A stretch of DNA of 62,153 nt, the filler included, from Choristocarpus tenellus KU-1152 (lineage: Eukaryota; Protista; Phaeophyceae): assembly GCA_964200185.2 (NCBI GenBank). It is 13 parts of 13 records of this genome, joined end to end, with 100 filler letters (N's around TTAATTAATTAA, not from the genome) between each part and the next. Parts side by side here need not be neighbours in the genome. Positions count along the whole stretch, not along the records: positions 1 to 2,609 come from CAXNAD020026307.1; positions 2,710 to 6,168 come from CAXNAD020019896.1; positions 6,269 to 9,158 come from CAXNAD020023885.1; positions 9,259 to 22,005 come from CAXNAD020001720.1; 9 more parts are not named here. One strand, written 5' to 3'. Shown one piece after another: positions 1 through 11,260 of this stretch. The stretch's first letter is position 1. Each line of letters starts with the position of its first letter. A model generated the notes under the pieces. The model made no database searches, was not told the origin of the DNA, and was given only the letters and a program-made list of their open reading frames with translations. A program made the translations under genes and the position numbers.

Positions 1-837
1 TCTGTGGAGGGCACGTGCACGTCTTCCCCTCCAATATGTGACCACTCCTTCGAATTCACGATAATATGAACCGATACCACACCAGCAACAAACACTACCT
101 TGGTCGTATCCTAGCGAGATTGACTGGGGTCTTGTAGTAGACGAAGACCTTTGTTACACCACCTCCTCTTTGCTTACCCATGTCTCCATCTAGGAGAAAG
201 AATCCCAGTAGGTAAAAAAAATAACAATTAACTCTTTCGTTCAGCTACGTTCATATTTTTATTGTATATATATGTATGCAACCCTGGTATTGAGGGACAC
301 TTGGGCACACAGGATATATATATGTATATATATATGTATTTTATTATTATATATGTATTATTAGGAAAACAAGAAGGAAGTTTCAGGTGATTTAAAAGGT
401 TTCCCTTTTTTCCTTTACGTTGTGTGTTACGGTATAAGTAATAGATAAACCGCTAACGGTATATATGGAATCTCTTTCACTAATTCCTAAGGTAATTCCT
501 ACTAATCCCCGTACTCGTTTGTTGGTGGATGATAAAAAGAGGGAAATTTCGAAATTTTAGGATTTCTCCAATAGTTTCCCACTATAATCCCCTGCATTTT
601 TAAATGCTTAACAAACATGAAACATGAAACAGAAAGTTTTTGAATAATATATGTCATATTTTGAAGATATGTTGTATGTCATGTAGGATACTATATGGGA
701 TCCACATGATAGTTTGCACATTTTTCAGGTTGATTTTGGTCATCATCCATGTTGTGTCATCACTTCACTATTAAGATGGAGTCGATTAACAACGCCCCTA
801 CTAATATATTATCATGCCATTTGATATTTTGGAGATG

Positions 838-1100
838 TGTCAGGGGGAAAACCAATGAAAAAACAATGAAAAACCACGAAAATTTCAGAACAAACACTAA
901 AAGAGCAACAATTGTCGTAAATGTGAAAGATATTATTCCATCTATATACGATCTTACTACAAGCTATGCTACACCACTGCCCTCCTGTGCCTTCAACCTA
1001 GCCTAGTCCTGCACCCCAGATTGAGAGCTAGGGAAGCACCCCTGGTGTCTCCAGCTTAAAACGCATGACACGTTTGGATAGAGCTGCTTGCGTTGTGACA
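838..1100 (+). mobile_element. LTR of a Ty3/gypsy-type family (TGTCAGGGG...TGACA)
   Basis: Starts TGTCAGGGGG after a conserved pre-LTR motif. Alignable by eye to the minus-strand copy at ~22430-22840 (shared GTAAATGTGAAAGATAT, ACACCACT, AGCTAGGGAAGCA). The 3' end is approximate. Confidence 0.55.
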
Positions 1101-1225
1101 GACACTATATCGTAGACGGGATTTAACGGCCCCTTTCCTGCTGTACCCTCCTGTCCCTCTGCTCCCTAACGCATGAGTAGCCAACTCAGCCAGAAAACAT
1201 TATGCTTGCTTACCGAGGCACCCAA

Positions 1226-1480
1226 GAGTGAAAGTATCTTAGAGGGTAGGAGTTTGCTCTGTTTGTCCGTTTGGGGCTTGGCTTCCCACGGTTTTTCTAG
1301 GACATTTTCCTACTCCGAAATGTTTCAGAGTAGGTCAAACATATACGCTGTCAAAAGGAGTGTCAGGAACAAGGATATTGACACTACCTAACAAACACGA
1401 AAGCCAAAATTACATCAAAATCGGAACATTGCATTTTTGCCCCCAAACGGACACGGCTCTACCCTCTAAGATATAGACTC
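1226..1480 (+). mobile_element. MITE family A copy (~255 bp)
   Basis: TIR GAGTGAAAGTATCTTAGAGGGTA...TACCCTCTAAGATA--GACTC, internal hairpin CCTACTCCGAAA/TTTCAGAGTAGG, flanks CCAA/CCAA. Confidence 0.9.
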
Positions 1481-1649
1481 CCAAAACTTTCCACCGTGAA
1501 GGTGGTGAGGTTAACTCTACGAAGGTCAAAAGAACCATCGTAGTGAGTGCATTTTCGCGACTCAGCTGCAGCGGCAGCTACACCACTGCTGGTGGGTGAG
1601 TGGGATATATGGGATGCTGCTTGCACTTCTGCCTCAACCTGATTTAACC

Positions 1650-2220
1650 CAGAACTCCTCGCCCTCTGTCTGTGCTGCCTTAAGCAAGCAACCTACTTCG
1701 GTTCCTGTGTAGTATGGACCACGTTCATTCTAAAAGGCAATGCATCAAAACCCGTTCTACCAGTCACATCCGTTCCCCAGCCTGTGCTTCCATCCCCACT
1801 TGCTTTAGGCTCAGACAGGGCGAGTGATAGAAGTCGACACCATTCGGGCAAAGACCTACGTCCATCGCTCAATCCACTGAGGAATGTCCAGGGAAGGTTC
1901 GAAATAGATAGAAGCTAACATAGGTTACGGCAGACTGCTCTTTCGTCACTGAAATGCCCACTAACTGTGCTGAAGATGGTTTGAATTTGCTCATCACCTT
2001 CGGGTGGCGTTTCTTGTTTTTTCATTTTTGTGGATCACAGAAGAATTTCATTCTCCCATATGTGGAAAGCATGTTTATCTGTTGTGATATTTTATTATTA
2101 TGCCCTCTGACATTTTGCAGATGTGTCAGGGGGGAAACCAATGGAAACTATATATATACAGTAGTATATATTTGTATATGTTAATATAATATTAAAAGGT
2201 GGATATAATGAACATACATA
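1650..2220 (+). mobile_element. Internally deleted Ty3/gypsy derivative: gag remnant, 3' internal region and LTR start (2124)
   Basis: 1650-1870 aligns to gag at 51100-51310 (e.g. GTCGACACCATTCGGG). 1770-2030 aligns to 48340-48600 on the minus strand. LTR start TGTCAGGGGG at 2124. Confidence 0.65.
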
Positions 2221-2299
2221 GTTGTACGATAATAGTATATATCCACCGTTGGCAAAGTTGACACACTGGCTCCTTTCCCCTTAGTCTCGAAGATCGCTG

Positions 2300-2609
2300 T
2301 GTACCATATCGATCTCAAACCACAACCACTACGCGACTATCCGCTATCGGGGAGAAGTGTCGCCCAGTCACCTGTGGATCTTTTTTAGGAGGGCATGTGC
2401 TTCGGCTTTCGGCACAGACTGGCGCCCCTACCTTGTGGAAAGTTTTGGGGGAGTAGGACAATTCGGCGTCGGGGTCCCAAATGGCATTGAACGTGCACTC
2501 CTCGATATCCGCCTGAGGAATGAGTGTGGAGAATGGGTCATCAATCTAGACGGAAGGAATGCTTTCAACAGCGTACGCCGCTCAGCCTTCATCCAGGCCC
2601 TCCCAGAGA
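2300..2609 (+). pseudogene. Non-LTR retrotransposon RT fragment, CRE-like
   Basis: AIGEKCRPVTCGSF/RRAC...QFGVGVPNGIE...LDGRNAFNSVRR matches the RPI..G...RR, QFGVG..G.E and D..NAFN RT motifs. One frameshift near 2385; truncated by the contig end. Confidence 0.75.
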
Positions 2610-2709
2610 NNNNNNNNNNNNNNNNNNNNNNNNNNNNNNNNNNNNNNNNNNNNTTAATTAATTAANNNNNNNNNNNNNNNNNNNNNNNNNNNNNNNNNNN
2701 NNNNNNNNN
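2610..2709. other. Artificial contig-joining spacer (first of 12)
   Basis: N-run/TTAATTAATTAA/N-run with stops in all six frames. It recurs at 6169-6268, 9159-9258, 22006-22105, 27035-27134, 34418-34517, 37218-37317, 40347-40446, 47194-47293, 50448-50547, 54476-54575 and 57704-57803. Confidence 0.98.
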
Positions 2710-2850
2710 GGGTGGCTGGAAATCAGTGGCAAAGGGGTTTTGCCCTGGTTGATCACAAGGGGGGTTAGAATAGGGAGAGGAGAGGATTAGGGAGGAATGC
2801 AAAAATAGGAAATAAAAGAATAATAATAATCCAGAATTCGTGAGCAAAAC
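2710..2850 (+). repeat. Dispersed repeat, also present at ~10620-10935
   Basis: Shared GGCTGGAAATCAGTG and AATCCAGAATTCGTGAGCAAAACAAA in both places. Confidence 0.75.
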
Positions 2851-2939
2851 AAAACGATGGCCAAAATTACATCAAAATCGCAACATTGGATTTTGGCCCC
2901 CAAATGGACGCGCCCCTACCCTCTAAGATACTTTGGCTC
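2851..2939 (+). mobile_element. MITE family A, 3' partial copy
   Basis: CCAAAATTACATCAAAATCG...CCCCAAATGGAC...TACCCTCTAAGATACTTTGGCTC. Confidence 0.9.
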
Positions 2940-4552
2940 TCCAACGAGAAGTATATACACCCCTCACTCTTACACATCATAAAAGATCTGATCAGGTTCC
3001 ATACACTCACCAACCAACACATAGATTCCACCACCAGTACCAAGGAGGGTTCCCTAGGCCACACATCCAATATAAACCTCCGTATTTGTAGTGCCATGTA
3101 TGTTTGGTGGCTGTTGCTACCATTGTGTGTCAAGTTGCATGGTATGACAGATGTCTATGAGTTGTTTGGCTTCACCCCCCACATACTTGTACCACCAGTT
3201 CGAGTCTTCGGAGACTAAACCCTACTTTTTCAACTGGGATGTCGAAACACTCAAGGTCATCTTAGAGGTACCACCATCAGTTTTTCTGGTCCTCCCAGCT
3301 CTCCCTTTGACCGCTTAGGTATACGTTCCCCAGGCATCAAGTTCTTAGCAAGTGAGTATTGTCCATGTGCGCCTCGAAATCTACAGACATCACTCTCCAT
3401 TTACGTATAGTTAGATCCATGCTCACAATTGAAAATACTTCCTTGTGTGACAGGGGGTGATCCGTATGTTTCCATTTCCGGAACCTGATGCAGCGCTGGA
3501 GGGACTTCAGTACTAGTTATGTAAAACTGGGCTTATGTAGTATTTTTTCTGAGTCTCTCCACATCATCGTACAGCCATCTAGCACAACCTCTGGCACTTC
3601 GGCCAGCATCCCAATCTTGAGGGTCAAGTGATACATCCACTGCTCACTCGAATAGTTCTTAACTGTTCTTCATTAAGTGCCCCCATGGTGTTGGATCTGG
3701 TAGTGGATTTCCGATATGATATCAATATCATTACAATTTGAGGCTCGGAAATAGCGAAACCTATCAATCAGGTTGTTCCTTGCCCTGTAGACTCGACCTG
3801 CTTTTCCTCTCTGTAGTATCTTTTGTAGATCTTAATTTTTTCGGTAATTGCCTTTCCCTAAAACTGTTTTCGACAACGAGCTCTTGACCCCAAAGGGTAA
3901 TGTGAAGATATTAGTAATCGTCATATAGTGGAATACAATAGGCATCATTGCCATCATCAGTCTGAGGCTTCGAACAAACTATGTCCAAAAAATCATTGGG
4001 CCAATGATTTCGGAGATTTTTTCCAATTTAAATTGGAGATGCCCACAGCAATGCCGAGAACAGACAAATGCTTGCTACCCTTTTATTGTCTGCTTCTCGT
4101 CAGAAGCCACTAGCACTTACCATTGGTAGGCAAAGATGTCAGGTGACGACTACTTTGACCCTTGACTGCCATCCAGCGAGCTTTACCTTGTCTAACATCC
4201 TTGACCGTCACCTGATATCAGAATTCTATAACGCACCCCGTTTTACACCATTGATGCCATCAAAAGATGATAAGCATTGCGAAGCCATTACCGCCTTCTG
4301 GTCCAGAGGCTTACAGGCTGAAATATTACGGTTGGTTTGTCGACTCGGTCTCTATCGTTGGTGTGGGTGTGTGAATTTATTGATTGGACGGCATCACATG
4401 GAGACGCAGGATATGTACAGGGGTTTCCATGTATAATCGGAAGGTGTTACTAGCGGTTGAGTCCCAGTAAAATGCCTCTGTTTGCCAGCCGAGACGTCGA
4501 TAATCTCAATTGCCAACCCGCCACCTGACATATTTGCTTGTGGGTGGTAAGA

Positions 4553-4810
4553 GAGTGAAAGTATCTTAGAGGGTACGAATTTTGCCCTGTTTGTCCATTT
4601 GGGGCTTAGCCTCCCATTTTTTTTTGTGACATTTTCCTACCCAATAATATTTCGGAGTAGGTAAAGTGTGTATGCTATGAAAAGGTGAGTCTGGAACTAG
4701 GATATTGACACTTCCAAACAAAACACAATAGTCAAAATTTCATCCAAATCGGAACTTTAGATTTTGGTCCCCAAATGGACGCTGCCCTACCCTCTAAGAT
4801 ACTTTGGCTG
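4553..4810 (+). mobile_element. MITE family A copy inserted into the end of another copy
   Basis: Full TIRs; flanked by a 3-bp duplication AGA/AGA. Confidence 0.9.
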
Positions 4811-4811
4811 A

Positions 4812-5058
4812 GAGTCAAAATATTTTAGAGGGTAGAGCAGCGTCTGTTTGGGGGTCAAAATCCAATGTTTCGATTTTGATGTAATTTTGGCTATCGTGTT
4901 TGATATATATCCTTGTTCCAGACACTCCTTTTCATAACGCATACATTTTACCTACTCCGAAACATTTCGGAGTAGGAAAATGTCATAAAACCCCTGTGGG
5001 AAGCCAAGCCTCAAACGGACAAACAGGACAAAACTTGTACCCTCTAAGACTTTAACTC
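4812..5058 (-). mobile_element. MITE family A copy (older host of the nested insertion)
   Basis: Inverted copy. Removing 4553-4810 restores TAA-element-TAA (4548-4550 and 5059-5061). Confidence 0.9.
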
Positions 5059-6268
5059 TAATGGGACGAGGTGCCAGGTAGTCAGTAGCAAACCGTCAGA
5101 AACCAGGAGGACTCAGGACCTAACCAGGGTCGCATACCATATGTTGAAGGGTGCGTAGTGAGTAGAAATGCAATAAGCAATAGGCAAGAGGCAATGGGGT
5201 CCTGCTGTGTAGTTGGTGGATACCATTAACCTAAAAATTGAAGGGTGAGTTTCGTTTCTGTAAGGGATGTGGGCAGATGCTACAAAACCTATTGTGTAAA
5301 AGCTGTATGTGTGCGAGGTTTCAAGATCCTTTTGTAGAGGGCTTAACCTCTGCACTTTGAAGAGAAGCTGTAAGGAGGTTAGAGACTGGGCTCCAGTGTC
5401 AACCTCAGGTTAAGGCCAGCCTCCAACACCCAACAATAGAAGCATTAAGCCGCCTGGGGTACATATCTCTGTTGTGGAGAAGGGTCTGGTACGTGGCAAG
5501 AGGCAACACGCGATGGAGGCCTCCTTGACAGGGTAGACGTACCTCTTCTTCCACCGAGGATGATACTAACACGCAGAAGGGAGAAAAGAAAGGAAACTAT
5601 CAGTGTGCAGTGTAGGCTAGTGGATTCTCCATGTCCAAAGGGGGTTGTGGAAGAGGAAGTGGTAGTGGTAGTGGAGGTGGAAGCGGGGGAGGTCAAGGAT
5701 AGGCAAACAGGACAGGACCAGTCAGTATGCTTACAGGGGGCAAAGGGGGGGGGCTGTGGGAGTGAAAGTGCGGGCGGAGGTTGAAGGGGAGGAGGCGGCA
5801 AGGTTGCATTAAACTCCAACAAAGCAATGGCTGAAGACAAAAGGAGACATTGTGGCAAGTGCTGAGTCTTCTTCAACAGGCTGTACCCTCCAGTGGTTGG
5901 GCAAGGCTAGGAGAAACAAATAATGCCAACGTGTCGATTTCCATGCTTTTTTTTTTCATGTCCACATTTGTTGGGTTGTGAGGGTATGATAATTATAAAA
6001 ATGAAAAATCTTTGGTTGTTGACTGTTGACTATTGCTCGGGTGTTGCTGTGTCTGTATGCGTGTTTTCACATAATTACTATCATCGTCTTTGGTGTGACG
6101 TCTGACGCCCTGCTGCCGTCCTGCATCTACGGACCTTCAGGGACCAATTGACCCAAAGTATCTGTGGGNNNNNNNNNNNNNNNNNNNNNNNNNNNNNNNN
6201 NNNNNNNNNNNNTTAATTAATTAANNNNNNNNNNNNNNNNNNNNNNNNNNNNNNNNNNNNNNNNNNNN

Positions 6269-7540
6269 ATAGTGGTGAAGTAACTGATAGATTAGTGGTT
6301 TCCACACTTACAATGCTTATAGTGTTCTTATGTTTAGGATATTTTATTTCTTTAGGACTAATAACGACATATATATAGTTTTCATTGGTTTCCCCTGACA
6401 CATCTGCAAAATGTTAGAGGGCATAATAATAAAAATAAATGGAAATTGTTATATCAACATCATCTATATATAACGCACCTATTCCATATGTTTGATTGGT
6501 TGGTGGTTGTCTTCTACTCCTCCAATCATAACCTAAATCGTTTCCCTTGTCATCCGATTGAAACACTTCCACATAAACTGTGAAACGGCATGGGTGATGG
6601 ACAGAGAATACTCGACATAACACTCACCATCAATATCGACACTGACCATCCTCATATGAACACTTAGCCTCCTCGGATCCAGCTAGTGGAACTTCTGAGC
6701 GCACTCAACAATATCAACACCTCGACCAACGAAGGTTGGAGGAACGATGACAACCTTGCAATTTTTCACTAGAAGAAGAGTAAAGATCTTTCCAATGTGC
6801 TAGGAAAAATTAGGAAAGGGACGAAATTGCATTCCTCCAGGCGAAGGACAGTCCTCTTATCCCTATTATGGACGTGCCATCCTTCCACATTAAAGAAGGG
6901 ATGCGTCGCCGAGCCACGGTGACAACCGACCTGGACACATGGTTAGTCGTCGACTAAACATTCTTATCTCCTAGGTGATGGTCCCCCCAACGGATCTTGT
7001 CCCACCAGCAATACTTAGGCGGGCTGGTGGCGAAATTCGCTGCGCAGGACTAGTCAGATGGATTTCACAGGTGTAGAGGCTTTCACGTTCTTGCCATTTT
7101 GGCACCATACTACAATTTCTCAGATCATTAGATTGTCCATTTCCTAGAGTTCTATGACCACATCGCAAGGTTGCTTGACTCATGTGCTTGAGGTTATAGC
7201 ATGACGGCACATGATCACCATGAAGTAACAACAGTATGTTGTGAGAGAAAACTGTTGTTTACTAATGCATGCCATCAATAAACCATTGATATCAATACGA
7301 GTAATGCTTTGTGTGTGTTCCCTTCCTCAACACCCTGACTGAACATCTCAGGCAGCACATAGCATCCAGTCTAAGGATGGGATGCCCAAGGGGAGTTACT
7401 CGGCATCGTCAACAAACATCCAAGGAGGTCGAGGTAAGACACGAGTCTGTCGACCAGGTAATGATAAACTGCTCGGGTTTGCGTCGAACAAAACGAATGG
7501 CGCAGATGTCACGCCTTTTTCACCCAATGGAGAGAGTACG
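6269..7540 (-). mobile_element. Decayed Ty3/gypsy 3' end: integrase remnant, pre-LTR motif and 3' LTR start at 6400
   Basis: Minus-strand remnants resemble integrase QxNGxxERxN (SQGVEEGN, ~7310-7340) and HPVFHV (HPFFNV, ~6890). These are followed by ATGCCCTCTAACATTTTGCAGATG and the LTR start TGTCAGGGG. Confidence 0.55.
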
Positions 7541-8918
7541 AAATCCTGAAAAACAAACTCCTCTTACAGAGGGTTCTTCTGCAGCAAGTGATCCCGCGTT
7601 ATATAAATGTGATCCCCTCCTCTGCTCACCTGGAAGGTGCTCCAATCGAGGGCATTGCTTGGGAATGTGGGGGACCCAGTCCATTCTCTGCAGACTGTCC
7701 TCCCTGCCCAAGAGTGCCAGGTGGGCCCCTGTGTGAGGGTGGAGGAGGACGAGGAGGGTGATTTTTTTTACTGTTTGGATAACCGCGAAGGGGAGGTGGA
7801 CGAAGCTGATAGGAGGGTTGTGGCAATAGCCTCTGGTCCTTCTGGGTTTGATGTGGAAATGGGGCTGTGGGCACTCGGGTTGGTACTGCTCATTGTTCTT
7901 GCCCTTGTGGTGGAAGGAATGGGAAGCACCCACAAGAAAGAAGTCCTTAATGTGAGCTACACTGCTCAGCCCAACATCAAAACCATCTACTTGCCTGCGC
8001 AAAGCCCCAAGACTCCTTCCCATTTGTGAACCTCAGTTAGCTACTGTAGCATGTCAGTAACTAGGACTTTATCAACCCCATAAACGAGATTAAACCCAAA
8101 TCTCATCCCTCTATGTACCCTCCCATACCACACTTTCACCCCTTCTTCAGAGGATCAGTGACCGCATTTGCTCATGAGAATGAGTGCAGGCATCTACCCT
8201 CCATACTTCTTCGGAATCAAGAATAATCAATGCATATATTGTTGTGTGGCATCAAGGCTACAGCAAGGTTCTTCATAGTAATGCGGTATTGAAAATTGAT
8301 GTCTCAGGTCATTGAACTGTGTCACCAGCATAAGAAGTAGTCCAGAGTCATGATGTTCACTACACATCTTCCTTCTTCCCCCTTTCATACAGGATTCCCC
8401 GCCCATGGTGTACGGTAGGGAAACTGGGGCTCACATGGGTGAGGGGAAGGTCGCACAGTTTCTGAACTGGTGGGGTGGAGGAAGTCGTGCAGTTGGCTGT
8501 GGGGTGAGGAAAGGTGGACCCAAATGAGGTGGGTGGGAGATTCGGCGGGGTGCATGTGGTGAAAGTGCGATTTGACTCATTGCATTGTCTGATGTTCTAG
8601 CATGGACTCAAGCAGTTACTGAGGATGTGGACTACTAATACGGAGTATAATTCAAAGAAGCACTTCAAGGTGGAATACGAGAAAGGCACTTGCCAACACC
8701 AAAGCAGAGAATCATGAAGGTTATCACACACACACAGTATATCATTACTTAACTCAAGATATTATTCTCCGAGCTGATGCACCCTCCATAGGAGTAAATC
8801 TCCTCTGAGTCCCTTGCCGACCATCCTTCCAAATCTTGGCCGCCAGGCCGGTACTGAATCTACTGCAAAGGCAATACACCACTAAGACTAAGACGGATCC
8901 GTTACCTGCTGTACCAAT

Positions 8919-9100
8919 GGCTCCAAGTATCTGGGGGAGAGGTGGACGCTGTCCATTTGGGGTCAATTTTTTTATGTCGCAATTTTTGGGTGATTTGGTT
9001 GCATATGTCGGATGGATAATGTAAGTGCACTTTCCTGTTTATGTCCCAAATGGACACCCTGGTGTAGACCCCTCCCCCCCTGTTCGTAGATAGTGCTGTT
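8919..9100 (+). mobile_element. MITE family B copy (~180 bp, poly-G/poly-C subterminal tracts)
   Basis: GGCTCCAAGTATCTGGGG...GTCCATTTGGGG...CCCAAATGGACACCCTGGTGTAGACC(C)n; the 3' TIR is degraded. Confidence 0.85.
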
Positions 9101-9258
9101 GGGTACACTATAGACTCCATTGGTGGAGTAGATTAGGAAATGCAGACACCACTGGTGGNNNNNNNNNNNNNNNNNNNNNNNNNNNNNNNNNNNNNNNNNN
9201 NNTTAATTAATTAANNNNNNNNNNNNNNNNNNNNNNNNNNNNNNNNNNNNNNNNNNNN

Positions 9259-9416
9259 GTGGCGGCTGTCCATTTGGGGTGAATTTTTTCATGTCGCGAA
9301 TTTTGGGTGATTTGGTTGCTAACGTCGGATGGTTACTGTAAATGCACTTTTCCTGATTTTGACCCAAACGGACATCCTGGTGTAGACCACCACCCCCCTC
9401 CCAGATACTTTGGGTC
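9259..9416 (+). mobile_element. MITE family B copy (5' end cut by contig start)
   Basis: Ends CCCAGATACTTTGGGTC. Confidence 0.9.
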
Positions 9417-9648
9417 CAAGTTCCTTCAGCACTGCATCAGGTTCCATGAACGGTAGCTCATAGATCACCTGAAGCGCTAGTGACAACCAACTGTGTGTGA
9501 TCTCTTCAAGGTGACCATACAATAATGGAGGCTGCTACTGTTACAGCACGCTCCAGAACTCACCTCCACAGGATGTGCAACTCAAATCCAACGACCTTAA
9601 AACGACGCTATGGGGGCGTTGCCTTTGACAACAGTTTCTTGGGTGTCA

Positions 9649-9830
9649 GATCCAAAGTATCTGTGGGAGGGGGGGGGGGTCTACACCAGGGTGTCCATTT
9701 GGGTCATAACCAGGAAAAGCAGTGCGCTTTTATTATCCATCCGACGTATGGAATCAATTCACTCAAACATCACAACGTGAAAAAAGTGGTCCCAATGGAC
9801 AGCTGCCACCCCCCCCAGATACGTTTAGCC
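9649..9830 (-). mobile_element. MITE family B copy
   Basis: GATCCAAAGTATCTG(G)n...(C)nAGATACGTTTAGCC. Confidence 0.9.
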
Positions 9831-10622
9831 TCCGACAGCCTTCTCTCGATACTCCACTCAGTGCGTAGCTCAAAGCTCGACTCAATGTTTCGTTCAAGAT
9901 AAAATTACTGTTTTAAAAGGGGGCGATGGATTATGTGTCCAAAAATCCTATTATTATCGTCATCCACCCATTTTCTTTAGACTTCTATGGTAAAAGACAT
10001 CTGCAAACTGCTGTATACATACTCCAACCATAAACCTTTATTCTGGAACTTCTAGGAACTTTGATGTTTCTTCTGTAAGGTTTACGTATGCATTACGAAT
10101 CTTACTCTGCACCTTCTAAGGAAATTAAAGTTTATGCAGTAATCTGAGTTTTGTGGGCGCAAGAATTCTGGTTGGCGGGGGGCACAGGACAAGGGAAGGT
10201 AATGGAAAGAAAAAGAAGGAAGCAGGAAGAGAAGGAATAGTTGAGGAATGACTGGCTAAGAGGAAAAGGGTAATAAGAAATCAGTGTTAGGAAGAGGGAA
10301 GGGGAAGGAGTGTTCAGTATTTTTAATAAGAGGGCTGAGAACCAGAGTTACAGGGCGAGGAGGGTGAGACCAAGACAACCTCCGAGCAAGCTCTCCCGCC
10401 CACCCACCCTGTCGCTTGCTCACGAACGACGGGAATACTGGGTAAGGGGAGGGGAGGTCAAGTTCGGGCGGGGTAAATGTCTTCTAGCTCAAAGGCACGG
10501 TTTGAAGTGGATCATGAAGGGGTGTTCTTGGATGATTGTGGAATGGTCTTGAGTGGTGTGGGAACTGCTGTGGGGTTGAGGGGAGTGGTAACTTGTGTGG
10601 GGTTGAAAGGTGGGGGGGGGTC

Positions 10623-10773
10623 ACTGGAAATCAGGGGCGAAGGGGGTTCACACTGGTTGGTCATCAAATGTGGTGGATGGCTGGAAATCAGTGATGAAGG
10701 GCATTCGCACTGGTTGGTCATCAAATGTGGGGGGTGGCTGAAAATCGGTGACGAAGGGCATTTGCACTGGTTG
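10623..10773. repeat. 57-bp tandem repeat (~2.7 units) inside a dispersed repeat
   Basis: CACTGGTTG recurs at 10651, 10708 and 10765. Confidence 0.85.
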
Positions 10774-10949
10774 ATCACCTCATGGGAAGTAAATAGGAAA
10801 CCAGCGGCGAAAGGATCGCAAGGGGCTGGTCAGAAGAAGGAATACATGGGAAAGGAAAGGAATGGAGAATAGGGGAATGGCAAACAAGGAATAAGCTAAT
10901 AATAACAATCCAGAATTCGTGAGCAAAACAAATCAGCATTTATTTTGTA

Positions 10950-11260
10950 AGGCTACCTATGTGCTATTGTACTAATCTCGTATACTGCTCACGCTTGCTA
11001 GAACACAAGAAGAAATGCTCGCGCTCTTCGCCTGTAACACTACTTGTGGATTTTGTGGCGCATATGGACAATGCTCGCTTGCCCGAGAACTTTATGTTTA
11101 GGGAACTTGCAGCAAATAAATCTAGAGGGAAGATGGAGGGATCGGAGAAGCATTGTTGTGATGCTTCCAAGATGACCTTGAGGGTTTTGAGATCTCAGGT
11201 GAAAGTGGGCATTACTTGTAGAAAATCCGAACCAATGGCGCAGGTGTGATGAGAATGAAG
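10950..11260 (+). pseudogene. RTE-clade LINE, C-terminal ORF remnant
   Basis: VAHMDNARLPENFMFRELAANKSRG resembles the RTE motif HVxRMxxxRLPKxxxxGEL. Confidence 0.7.

Noticed and set aside
1226-1480. MITEs acting as introners
   Set aside because: No copy is seen forming a complete intron in a gene; insertions into coding TE sequence simply disrupt it.
2654-2666. Recurrent TTAATTAATTAA palindrome as a biological motif
   Set aside because: Always centred in N-runs; it is an artificial stop linker.
2940-3900. Copia-like remnants here and at ~7900-8760, 15500-16250 and 19950-20450
   Set aside because: Only faint motif resemblance; too decayed to call without a profile search.
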